In this document: positions 38,538 to 47,279 of the stretch, in pieces
Position numbering within the stretch: the stretch's first letter is position 1
Layout: the number at the start of each line of letters is the position of its first letter
Source: Trueperaceae bacterium
GTDB lineage: Bacteria; Deinococcota; Deinococci; Deinococcales; Trueperaceae
Direction of reading: 5' to 3'
NCBI GenBank assembly: GCA_965215565.1
Contig: CBDCDZ010000004.1
Span: 1,440,001 to 1,504,000, forward strand
Length of the DNA stretch: 64,000 nucleotides
Position numbers and translations under genes: made by a program
Notes under the pieces: model-generated
What the model saw: the letters and a program-made list of their open reading frames with translations, nothing else
What the model was told of the DNA's origin: nothing
Database searches by the model: none

Positions 38538-38956
38538 AAGTCATCAACGATTTGAGCGAAATTCCGCAAGGAATGAGTCCAGAAGAAGAGGCGCGATTTT
38601 GGGAAGAGCACGAGTTTGGTGATGGCGTAGCTTTTCATAGACCGAGTGCAGACGACCCTGAACTGCCACCAGTGCGTGAGCGTAGCGTAACGCTAGACTT
38701 ACCAGAAGAGGTCATAGAACAGCTTAGAGAGGTTGCGCAGGAGCGGGGGATGTCGGTGCGGCGTCTGCTGAGAACGCTGGGCATGAAACCCAAACGTTCT
38801 GGACCCATCGCCGTGCGCTTTGAAGACGACACCGTAGCGCGGCTCAAGGTGCTCGCGGAGCGCAAAGGAACGGGCTACCAAACGCTCTTAAAGGCATTTG
38901 TGCAAGAGCGGCTTTATGAGGAGGAGAAACGTGAAGGGCTACTCGAGCCACGCTAG
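38534..38956 (+). CDS. BrnA/CopG-like antitoxin with two RHH-like repeats
   Basis: IP..MSPEEEARFWEEH, LAERKGTGYQTLLK.FV.ERL. Confidence 0.8.
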   Translation: MKVINDLSEIPQGMSPEEEARFWEEHEFGDGVAFHRPSADDPELPPVRERSVTLDLPEEVIEQLREVAQERGMSVRRLLRTLGMKPKRSGPIAVRFEDDTVARLKVLAERKGTGYQTLLKAFVQERLYEEEKREGLLEPR

Positions 38957-38971
38957 ACCCAAAGACACAAC

Positions 38972-39000
38972 TTGACACCTCCCTCAAAGCCCCGTAAGCT
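38972..39000 (+). promoter_or_regulatory. Sigma70-type promoter of the cobalamin operon
   Basis: TTGACA-17 bp-TAAGCT just upstream of the riboswitch. Confidence 0.75.
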
Positions 39001-39005
39001 GACCT

Positions 39006-39191
39006 TGTTCCACCCTTGGGAAAGTCCGGTGCGAGTCCGGCGCTGTCCCGCAACGGTAACTTGCAGGTATTATCTAGTCAGAGCCAGTTCAAGCAGATAG
39101 AGCATCCTTTAGCCGTTACTTTTAGAGATGATGTCTGCGTGATCTAAACGATAATGACCTCTTCAAGAAGCCCGAATGCCAAGCTGGAACA
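39006..39191 (+). ncRNA. Cobalamin riboswitch
   Basis: GGGAAAGTCCGGTGCGAGTCCGGCGCTGTCCCGCAACGGTAA ... AAGCCCGAATGCC; TGTTCCA/TGGAACA and CTTGG/CCAAG closing helices; upstream of btuFCD-cobS. Confidence 0.88.
39061..39166 (-). mobile_element. Degenerate family A repeat inside the riboswitch
   Basis: Begins GCAGGTATTATCTAGTCAGAGCCAGT, matching the family A terminus. Confidence 0.6.
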
Positions 39192-39197
39192 GACCTA

Positions 39198-39308
39198 TAG
39201 CGGTTGTCGCAGTCACTGAGCTTGTATCACGCAAGTATTATCTCTGAACGTGCGTGTTGAGCGGTACTCTCTCGTCTGAGAGCGTTTGTGACCAGATAAT
39301 ACCTGCTG
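39198..39308 (+). mobile_element. Family A repeat in the riboswitch expression platform
   Basis: TAGCGGTTG ... GAACGTGCGTG ... TGACCAGATAATACCTGCT. Confidence 0.7.
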
Positions 39309-39468
39309 TAATTCCTTGCGAGGCACAAGGAAGGGCGATAACGGCGCGTGTTCTTTACGAACGTGCCGCTGCGCGTCCATCCGTTTACGCATGTGTGTAT
39401 ACATATGTAAATGAGATGGATTTTTTGTTCCCTGCAAGAGCCTGGAGGCTTTTGTGTACGCGATTCGT

Positions 39469-40353
39469 GTGATTAAGCTAGCTCGACTTCTCTCACTCAT
39501 CTTTCTTCTCAGTATCGCCTTTGCGACCACCTACCCGCTTACCGTCACGGACGAGTTGGGCGTAGAGGTCACGCTCTCGGCAAAGCCCATGCGCGTCGTC
39601 TCGATGCTGCCTAGCCACACCGAGACGCTCTGCGCGGTAGGGGCATGTGACACGCTCGTGGGCGTGGACCGCTACAGCGACTTTCCGGCGCAGGTACAGG
39701 ACTTGCCGACGTTGGGCGGCAGCCTCGAGGGGGCTAACCTAGAGGAAATCGTAGCGCTAGCGCCCGAACTCGTCCTGGTCTCCGAATACGGCGAGCTGGC
39801 GGGGACGCTCCGCGACTTAGGGTTGAACGTCTACGCGGGCAGCCCGCAGACCGTCCAAGACACCTTCGCCTTCTTCGAGATTTTGGGCGAACTGCTGGAC
39901 CGGGAGGCGCAGGCGCAGGCGCTCGTCGCGGACACGCGGCTCGAGCTTCAAGAGGTCGAGCGGCGCACGCAGGGTTTGGACGCGCCGAGCGTCTACTACG
40001 AAATCGACGCGACGCCCTACAGCGCCGGGCCGGGCTCCTTTATCGGCACGCTGATTCAAACAGCCGGGGGCGACAACATCGTCTCGGCGGAACAGGGCGA
40101 CTTTCCGCAGCTCGAGCCTGAATATATCGTCGCCGCAAACCCCGAGATCGTCATCCTGGGAAACGCGCCGTCGGGCGAGAGTATGGAGACCTTGGCGGCG
40201 CGTCCAGGCTTCGGTAGTCTGAGCGCGGTGCAGAGCGGGCGCGTTGTAGAACTGAGCGAAGAACAGGTCAACATCATAAACCGCCCTGGGCCGCGCATCG
40301 CCGAAGCTGCGAAGCTTTTAGCGAGCATCCTTCACCCTGAAGTGTTCGACTGA
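39469..40353 (+). CDS. btuF: Cobalamin ABC transporter substrate-binding protein (BtuF-like)
   Basis: YPLTVTD, RVVSM.PS.TETL, LVGVDRYSDFP, RPGPRI; riboswitch-controlled; start approximate. Confidence 0.85.
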   Translation: MIKLARLLSLIFLLSIAFATTYPLTVTDELGVEVTLSAKPMRVVSMLPSHTETLCAVGACDTLVGVDRYSDFPAQVQDLPTLGGSLEGANLEEIVALAPELVLVSEYGELAGTLRDLGLNVYAGSPQTVQDTFAFFEILGELLDREAQAQALVADTRLELQEVERRTQGLDAPSVYYEIDATPYSAGPGSFIGTLIQTAGGDNIVSAEQGDFPQLEPEYIVAANPEIVILGNAPSGESMETLAARPGFGSLSAVQSGRVVELSEEQVNIINRPGPRIAEAAKLLASILHPEVFD

Positions 40354-41405
40354 TGCAGCGCGATCTACTTAGGGGCGGCGCGAGAGCGCCTATCAGGACG
40401 GGGATGCGCTGGACGCCCCTGTTGGCATCGCTCCTCGTGCTCGGCGGCATCCTCGTTTTCGCGACGGGCGTCGGGGCGGTGCGGATTGCGCCGTTGGAGG
40501 TCGTGAGCGCGGTGTGGCGCGGTGTGACGGGCGAGCTTGCGGGCACAAACGACGTGATCATCTGGCAGATTCGCTTGCCGAGGGTGCTTCTGGCGGGTCT
40601 CGTCGGCGCATCCTTATCCCTTTCGGGCGTCGCCTTTCAGGGCGTTTTTCGCAACCCACTCGCGGACCCCTACCTCTTGGGGGTAGCGAGCGGCGCGGGC
40701 TTCGGGGCGACGTTGGTTTTAGTCTTTGCGACCTCTTTACCTCTTCTAGCGCAGTTCGGCGTGCCTTTAGTCGCCTTTGTGTTCGCCCTTCTAGCCGTGT
40801 CGCTCGTCGTCCTCTTCGCTCAGCAGGGCGGGCGCGTCCCCCTCGTCTCGCTCATTTTGGCGGGCGTGGTGGTGGGCTCGAGCCTCACCGCCGCCACCTC
40901 GTTCGTGATGCTTTTGGCACAGGAGCAAGCCGCCGGGGTGCTCGCGTGGCTCTTAGGGAGTTTCGCGCTCTCGAGCTGGGCGAAGATCGTCTCGATTCTC
41001 CCCTTTATCCTCATTGCGGGCATGGCAACTATGCTTTCAGCACGCGCTTTGAACCTCTTACAACTCGGCGAAGCGCAAGCGGCGCAGCTCGGGCTGAGCG
41101 TCGAAACCTTTAAGGTCGCGCTCATCGCTGTGGCGACGTTGGCGACGGCGGCGGCGGTCAGCGTGTCGGGCATCATCGGCTTCGTCGGGCTGATGGTGCC
41201 GCACGCGGTGCGCTTGGCGGTGGGACCCGACCACCGCACACTCGTTCCACTCGCGGCAGTGTGGGGCGCACTCTTCATCATCCTTGCCGACCTCTTCGCC
41301 CGCACGGTCATCGCGCCTTCGGAGTTGCCTGTGGGCGTGGTGACGGCGCTCGTGGGCGGGCCTTTCTTTCTCTACTTGATGCGGCGACAAGGTGACACGC
41401 GGTGA
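40353..41405 (+). CDS. btuC: FecCD/BtuC family ABC permease
   Basis: IRLPRV, QGVFRNPLADPYLLGVASGA, GIIGFVGL.VPH, ELPVGVVTA.VGGPFF. Confidence 0.88.
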   Translation: MQRDLLRGGARAPIRTGMRWTPLLASLLVLGGILVFATGVGAVRIAPLEVVSAVWRGVTGELAGTNDVIIWQIRLPRVLLAGLVGASLSLSGVAFQGVFRNPLADPYLLGVASGAGFGATLVLVFATSLPLLAQFGVPLVAFVFALLAVSLVVLFAQQGGRVPLVSLILAGVVVGSSLTAATSFVMLLAQEQAAGVLAWLLGSFALSSWAKIVSILPFILIAGMATMLSARALNLLQLGEAQAAQLGLSVETFKVALIAVATLATAAAVSVSGIIGFVGLMVPHAVRLAVGPDHRTLVPLAAVWGALFIILADLFARTVIAPSELPVGVVTALVGGPFFLYLMRRQGDTR

Positions 41406-42169
41406 TCGAAGTCAGCGGTTTAAGCTTTCACTATAGCAAGCAAGAGGTCGTTAAAGACCTGAGCTTTTCGCTGCGAAGCGGAGAGATTTTAGGCGTCGTC
41501 GGGCCGAACGGCGCGGGCAAGTCCACGCTCATCGGGCTCCTGACGCGGCTTTTGAAACCCTCACAGGGGGAGGTGCGGCTCTTCGGCAAGAGGCTTCGAG
41601 AGGTGGGGCGCTTGGAGCTTGCGCGCGCCGTCGCCGCCACGCCACAAGCGAGCACCTTGCCCGAGGCGTTCCGCGTCCGAGACCTCGTCATGATGGGGCG
41701 CACGCCGCACCTGGGCTTTCTAGCGTCCGAAACGCAGAGAGATATAGAGATCGCCGAAGCCGCCCTGCGCCGCACCGACACGTGGGCGTTTCGAGACAGA
41801 ACCGTCGGTTCTCTGTCGGGCGGCGAAAGGCAGCGCGTTCTGCTCGCGAGGGCGCTGGCGCAGGAGCCCACGTTTCTACTCCTGGATGAGCCGACGAACC
41901 ACTTAGACCTCAAGTACCAAGTCGAGGTGCTGCGCTTCGTCAAGCGGGAGGTGGCGCGGGGTCTGGGCGCACTCGTCGTGTTACACGACCTCAACTTGGC
42001 GGCTCGAGTCTGCGGGCGCGTGCTCGTCATGCGGCGCGGCGCGTGTATGGCGCTAGGCAAACCCGAAGAGGTGTTGACTCAAAAGAGGTTAGAAGAGGTC
42101 TACGACGCCGATATCAGCGTGTTCGCGCAACCGGGTACGAACGTCCCCGTCGTCCTGCCCGAACTCTGA
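41402..42169 (+). CDS. btuD: ABC transporter ATP-binding protein (BtuD/FepC-like)
   Basis: GPNGAGKST, LSGGERQR, LLLDEPTNHLD, LHDLNLA. Confidence 0.85.
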   Translation: MIEVSGLSFHYSKQEVVKDLSFSLRSGEILGVVGPNGAGKSTLIGLLTRLLKPSQGEVRLFGKRLREVGRLELARAVAATPQASTLPEAFRVRDLVMMGRTPHLGFLASETQRDIEIAEAALRRTDTWAFRDRTVGSLSGGERQRVLLARALAQEPTFLLLDEPTNHLDLKYQVEVLRFVKREVARGLGALVVLHDLNLAARVCGRVLVMRRGACMALGKPEEVLTQKRLEEVYDADISVFAQPGTNVPVVLPEL

Positions 42170-42182
42170 TAGCTTTTTTATC

Positions 42183-42920
42183 GTGACTTACTTCAGGGCG
42201 CTCCGCGTCGCGCTAGGCTTTCTCACCACGCTGCCCGTGCCGCTCGTCAAGGCGTGGCGCGAGGACGACTTGCGCTTAGCGGTAAGGGCGTATCCCGTCG
42301 TCGGGCTCGTCATCGGCACCCTTTTGGCGCTCGCGTTCGTCCTCTTCACGCCGCTGCCGCCCACGCTGCGCGGCGTTCTCGTGACGGCGCTGTGGCTCCT
42401 CGTCACGGGCGCGCTCCACTTCGACGGCTTCTGCGACCTTGCTGACGCCGCGTTCGCTCCTAAACCCCCCGAAGAGCGCTGGCGCATCGTCAAGGACCCG
42501 CGCGTGGGCGCGTTCGCGCTCGCGGCGGGCAGCCTGCTGATCCTCGTCAAGGCGACGGCAGTAGGCGCGCTGAGCGAGGTGGGCGCGCTCGTCGTCATTC
42601 CCATCCTGAGCCGGAGCGCGGTGACGTGGGCGATGGCGCGCTACCCGGTCTACGACGCGAGCCTCTTAGGGCGACGCACAAATCTCAGATTTGACGAGAC
42701 CTTTTTGCCTATCAGCCTCGGGGCTGTGCTCTCGCTTTCTATCACGGTTTTTTGGCTCGAGCTGCCCGCCCTTCTCTTCCTCGTCATTAGCGCCGCACTC
42801 TCCACACTCATCATCGCCACTTGGCTGAACCGGCGGATGGCAGGCTTGGGCGGCGACGCTTACGGCGCGCTCGTCGAGAGCAGCGAAGCGGCGATGCTCG
42901 TCGTGGCGACTTTGCTTTAG
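42183..42920 (+). CDS. cobS: Adenosylcobinamide-GDP ribazoletransferase
   Basis: FLTTLP, TGALHFDGFCDLADA, KDPRVGAF, GLGGDAYGA. Confidence 0.92.
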   Translation: MTYFRALRVALGFLTTLPVPLVKAWREDDLRLAVRAYPVVGLVIGTLLALAFVLFTPLPPTLRGVLVTALWLLVTGALHFDGFCDLADAAFAPKPPEERWRIVKDPRVGAFALAAGSLLILVKATAVGALSEVGALVVIPILSRSAVTWAMARYPVYDASLLGRRTNLRFDETFLPISLGAVLSLSITVFWLELPALLFLVISAALSTLIIATWLNRRMAGLGGDAYGALVESSEAAMLVVATLL

Positions 42921-42997
42921 ACGCGCTCAACTTCTCCTCTCATTGTCACCTTTCATAATGCCTGAGAGCAGCGTAGGGGCAGGCGGGGTTAGGAGAC

Positions 42998-43260
42998 ATG
43001 ATGGCGATAGAGGTGATCGGGGCGGGCTTCGGACGCACGGGAACGTAGAGGTCTTCAACAGCCATATCGAAGAGGTCAAGCGCAGTATGCCCGCCGAGAA
43101 GCTGCTGGTTTACAGCGTGAAAGAGGGCTGGGAGCCGTTAGGCGAATTCTTGGAAGTGAACATACCTGGCAACGAGCCCTTCCCGCACTTAAACGACAGG
43201 CGGAGCTTCAAAGAGCGCGTCATCAAGATGATTCAGGAACCCAAACAAGTCGCGAGGTAG
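42998..43260 (+). pseudogene. Sulfotransferase-family remnant with large internal deletion
   Basis: SD then MMAIEVIGAGFGRTGT* joined out of frame to EVFNSHIEEVKR.MP.EKLLVY.VKEGWEPL.EFL...PFPHLND. Confidence 0.8.
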
Positions 43261-43473
43261 TGCGGATTCCGAAGCGACGGAGGTGTATTGGGCGGCGGAC
43301 GCGGGCGTGCCCGAGTGGGAGGTGGAGTGCGGGTAGAGGCTCGAACCATCATTAATCTCAACGGCTAGCGCGAGACGATGTAGCTTAGAGGGAGTTGGGA
43401 TGCGTTCAGATAACGCCGAAAGGCGAGGCGCGTTCCGGTTCGGAACGTTCAGAGTGATATGAGAGGACCCGAC

Positions 43474-44985
43474 ATGACGAGAACCCTCATCTACTGTTTG
43501 CTGGGCGTGCTCACGCTTGGCTTAGCCGGCTGCGCGGACACGGCGAAGCCCCTTGGCGAAAGCGCGGCAGCGGCGGCGCTGACCCTAGAGCCTGTGAACG
43601 AAACCCGTGAGGAACTGGGCGCTATGAACGGGAGAACCGCCGTGCTCTACCGAACGGACGAGCGTGCCCGCTTCGCGCTTGACGGCGTCCCGAAAGGGTC
43701 CTACGCTGTAAGCGTACGAGCGCGCGGTGACAACTACGAGGGCTGGCCCAAGATGCGCTTGAGCGTGGACGGTAAACGATTAGGCGAAGACGTTGCGGTT
43801 GAGCGAGCAACCTATCAGGAGTACACCTTCAGCGAGGTCGCGCTCTCTTCGGGACAAGTCATAGAGGCTGTTTTCACAAACGACAATTATGACGGCAGCG
43901 CTGAGAGAGACCGCAACCTTTATATCGACCATCTCACCTTGATTCCGGTCGCGGACACCGAGCAAGACGCTGATCAAGATACCGGTTGGGACACAGTCTA
44001 CGAAGGGCTGGACCAGAGCGAGCCACTCGAGCTGCGCGGGGTGAGCAACGTCTTGATTCGCAACAGCACCTTCACGAATGTAAACAACAGCAGCGCCATC
44101 CTCATCAAGGACGCAGCCAACGTGCGCGTCGAGAACGTGACCATTGACGGTGTGGGCGGGGAAAATAGCCACAACGGTGTCTACATCGTAGACAGCACTG
44201 AAGTGAGCGTCGTCGGCAACACGATTTCGAACATTACGAGTCGAGGACAATCGGCAGGCATCAAAATTTGGGGTGGCAAGTCAGCGAATATCACCCTTGA
44301 AGGCAATCACATCTACGACGCTTACGGCAATGGCATCGTTTCGGACGGCTGCTCGAGCTGCCTCAAGCAGGTTGTACACGACGTGCCAGTACCAAACCTC
44401 AGAATCATCAATAACCTCATCCACGATGTCGGCAAGACGCCTACACCGGTCAAGGGCTCCCCGACTCACGGCATGTACCTCAAAGCGCAGGACGTGTGGG
44501 TTGAGGGCAACACCGTCTACAACGTCTTCGACGGCTCAGGCATCAGCATAAGAAGCACAGCAAGGGTGCTCAATAACCGCATCTGGGATACTAGGTTCTC
44601 GGCGCTCTGGCTCTCGCAGATGAAACCTGCTGGACCGTCTATGCGCTCGGTCGTTAGAGGAAACGAACTCTTTTTCACCGACCGTGTGCCCCTTGGCGCT
44701 GAATGGTCTTCCCTGCTTATTCTGTACTGGGGCAAAAATGAGGGAAGACCCTTTCGCTACGACACTTTCGAGATAAGCGACAACACCTTCTCCATCTGCA
44801 CCACAGCCGTGGGCGACTTTCCGCACATGCGGGTCTACCCCTTTGCGAACCTGAGTGTGGAGAACAACGTCTTCGTCGACACGAGGGACAACCCGCGTTA
44901 CTTTTCCAACTACGCTGACCTGGATACCCCTTACGAACCTGGCGCAGGCAACAGCTTCAACAAGGTGGGCTGCTTGTCACCTTGA
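43474..44985 (+). CDS. Lipoprotein: CBM-like module plus right-handed beta-helix
   Basis: LAGC lipobox; FTNDNYDG...DRNLYID; repeated N(V/I)TI.GN.I, HGMYLK beta-helix. Confidence 0.8.
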   Translation: MTRTLIYCLLGVLTLGLAGCADTAKPLGESAAAAALTLEPVNETREELGAMNGRTAVLYRTDERARFALDGVPKGSYAVSVRARGDNYEGWPKMRLSVDGKRLGEDVAVERATYQEYTFSEVALSSGQVIEAVFTNDNYDGSAERDRNLYIDHLTLIPVADTEQDADQDTGWDTVYEGLDQSEPLELRGVSNVLIRNSTFTNVNNSSAILIKDAANVRVENVTIDGVGGENSHNGVYIVDSTEVSVVGNTISNITSRGQSAGIKIWGGKSANITLEGNHIYDAYGNGIVSDGCSSCLKQVVHDVPVPNLRIINNLIHDVGKTPTPVKGSPTHGMYLKAQDVWVEGNTVYNVFDGSGISIRSTARVLNNRIWDTRFSALWLSQMKPAGPSMRSVVRGNELFFTDRVPLGAEWSSLLILYWGKNEGRPFRYDTFEISDNTFSICTTAVGDFPHMRVYPFANLSVENNVFVDTRDNPRYFSNYADLDTPYEPGAGNSFNKVGCLSP

Positions 44986-45037
44986 CGAACGCTCAATGTC
45001 TGAACGAAACAGCTTGCTTGTCCCCTAAGGAGAAGAA

Positions 45038-47227
45038 ATGACCCGAATCGGCTACACGGCTCTACTACTTTTAGTGATCCTACTCTCTCTCGTTAGCTGC
45101 TCAAACACAGCAACCGATATGCTCGACGAAAGCGCAGCCCCCGCAGCCCTGACCCTAGAGCCTATAGAGGAGAACAAAGAAGAAGCAGGCGCAACGAACG
45201 GTAAGACCGCCGTGCTCCTGCGAACAGGCGAACGCGCCCGCTTCGAGATTGGTGACGTTCAGAGCGGCACCTACAAAGTAAGCGTACGTGCACGCGGTGA
45301 CAACTACGAGGGCTGGCCGGTCATGCGCTTGACGGTGAATAATCAGCAGCTAGGTGAGGACGTACTAGTAGGCAGTAATGGCTACCGCGAGTACACCTTT
45401 GGCGAGGTCGCACTCTCTTCAAGACAAGTGATAGAGGCTGTTTTCACAAACGACAACTATGACGGCTCAGCGGATAGAGACCGCAATCTCTACGTGGATC
45501 AGCTCACGCTAACCCCACTCGAGGGTGCTAAGCCTCAACCGGATACCCGCTCCAACTGCACCGACGAGCGCCTCGAGCTAGGCACGCGCGGCTCGCCCGT
45601 CTGGACGAGCGGTGCGTTCGAGGGAACCTTTTGCCGCGATATCGTCGGTGACGGCGAAAGCCTTACCCTCACACTGGACGCTAAGGACGGCGGTTTCGAT
45701 ACCGCCATCGTCTCTGAATACAACCCCAGCCGAGTTGACGACTTACGCACCACCCCCTTACCCGTCTCTGCAACCGTCGCCCCCGAATTTAGCGGCTCGG
45801 GCAACTGGTGGATAGGACCTAAGTTCTCGGTGAGAGAAGAGGTCGGGCAGGGCTTGGAAGGCAACTACGAAAACTATATCGTCGAAAACGCCTCTCGCAC
45901 ACCCGAGGAGTACCACGAGAGGCTCACGAGCGAAGACGGAGGCACCTACCTGGGAGAAACGCGCCAGGACGGAGGTGTTTATAGACACTACCTCGTGCCC
46001 CACCCTTACCAACCCTGGGAGCAGTTCTGGGCGGTGCGCCAGGTGTACCGGGAGAGTGGCGCGGTTGACTTGGCTCTCATCCTCGAGAAGTGGCGCGCAA
46101 ACGGCTTGCCGGATCAGCTCATCCCGCAGTGGCGCGTCAACGTCGAAACGAGCGGCGAGATAGCTGGGACGCTGGTCATGAAAGATATAAGCTTTCCAGC
46201 CTCAAACGCCGAGCAAGCCGTTGACCAAAGCGCTGATTGGGATGTGGTCTATGAAGGTCTGGAACAGAGTGAGCCACTCGAGCTGCGCGGCGTGAGCAAC
46301 ATTCTGGTTAGAAACAGCACCTTCACGGATATCGCTGGCAGCAACGCCATTTTTATCGAGGACGCAACCAACGTACGCGTTGAGAACGTGACCATTGACG
46401 GTGTTACTGGGAAAAGAAGTCTCAACGGTGTTCTTATCAAGGACAGCACCGAGGTGAGCGTTGTTGACAGCACCATCTCCAATATCTCCAGTCGGGGACA
46501 GTCAGCGGGTATCCGGGTTGTGGGCGCTGAGTCAGCCAACATCACGTTTCAGGGCAACCACATCTACGATACTCAGGGTAACGGCATTGTTTCAGGTGGC
46601 TGCTCGGCTTGCGCCGCTGAGCAAACCGTCCACGACGCGCCGGTACCGGGTCTCAGAATTGTCGACAACCTCATCCATGACACTGGCAAGACGCCCGAAA
46701 CCGTAGAGGGCTCCCCTACACACGGGATGTATATCAAAGCGCAAGACGCGTGGATCGAGGGCAACACCGTCTACAACGCCTTTGACGGCTCGGGCATCAG
46801 CGTAAGAAGCACCGCCACCGTGGTGAACAACCGCGTTTGGGACACCAAGTACGAAACGCTTGTCTTCTACCAGATGAAGCCTGCTGGACCGTCTATGCGC
46901 TCTGTTATCAGGGGCAACGAGCTGTTCTTCACCGACAGCAGACCTTCTGAGTCATGGAAGTCGTGGCTCCTCAAACTCTACTGGAACAAGTCCAAGGGAC
47001 CCCTGCGTTACGACACCTTCGACGTGCGCGACAATACCCTTTCAATGTGCACAACGGCGGCGGGTACCTCGGCTCTCACACTCCTTCACCCTTTCGAGAA
47101 CCTAACCGTAGAAGGCAACGACTTCGTCGATAGGAGGGACAGACCACGCTATTTTGCTGACCTTGGTACCCCTTCTGAATACGTCGCAGGCAACACCTTC
47201 AACGAAGTGGGCTGCTTGTCACCTTGA
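45038..47227 (+). CDS. Lipoprotein: CBM-like module, GH11-like domain and right-handed beta-helix
   Basis: LVSC lipobox; shared module; YENYIVEN, DGGVY, EQFWAVRQ, VNVETSG; beta-helix paralogous to the previous gene. Confidence 0.75.
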   Translation: MTRIGYTALLLLVILLSLVSCSNTATDMLDESAAPAALTLEPIEENKEEAGATNGKTAVLLRTGERARFEIGDVQSGTYKVSVRARGDNYEGWPVMRLTVNNQQLGEDVLVGSNGYREYTFGEVALSSRQVIEAVFTNDNYDGSADRDRNLYVDQLTLTPLEGAKPQPDTRSNCTDERLELGTRGSPVWTSGAFEGTFCRDIVGDGESLTLTLDAKDGGFDTAIVSEYNPSRVDDLRTTPLPVSATVAPEFSGSGNWWIGPKFSVREEVGQGLEGNYENYIVENASRTPEEYHERLTSEDGGTYLGETRQDGGVYRHYLVPHPYQPWEQFWAVRQVYRESGAVDLALILEKWRANGLPDQLIPQWRVNVETSGEIAGTLVMKDISFPASNAEQAVDQSADWDVVYEGLEQSEPLELRGVSNILVRNSTFTDIAGSNAIFIEDATNVRVENVTIDGVTGKRSLNGVLIKDSTEVSVVDSTISNISSRGQSAGIRVVGAESANITFQGNHIYDTQGNGIVSGGCSACAAEQTVHDAPVPGLRIVDNLIHDTGKTPETVEGSPTHGMYIKAQDAWIEGNTVYNAFDGSGISVRSTATVVNNRVWDTKYETLVFYQMKPAGPSMRSVIRGNELFFTDSRPSESWKSWLLKLYWNKSKGPLRYDTFDVRDNTLSMCTTAAGTSALTLLHPFENLTVEGNDFVDRRDRPRYFADLGTPSEYVAGNTFNEVGCLSP

Positions 47228-47279
47228 CGAACGCTCAATGTCTAAACGAAACAGCTTGCTTGTCCCCCGGGGAGACAAC

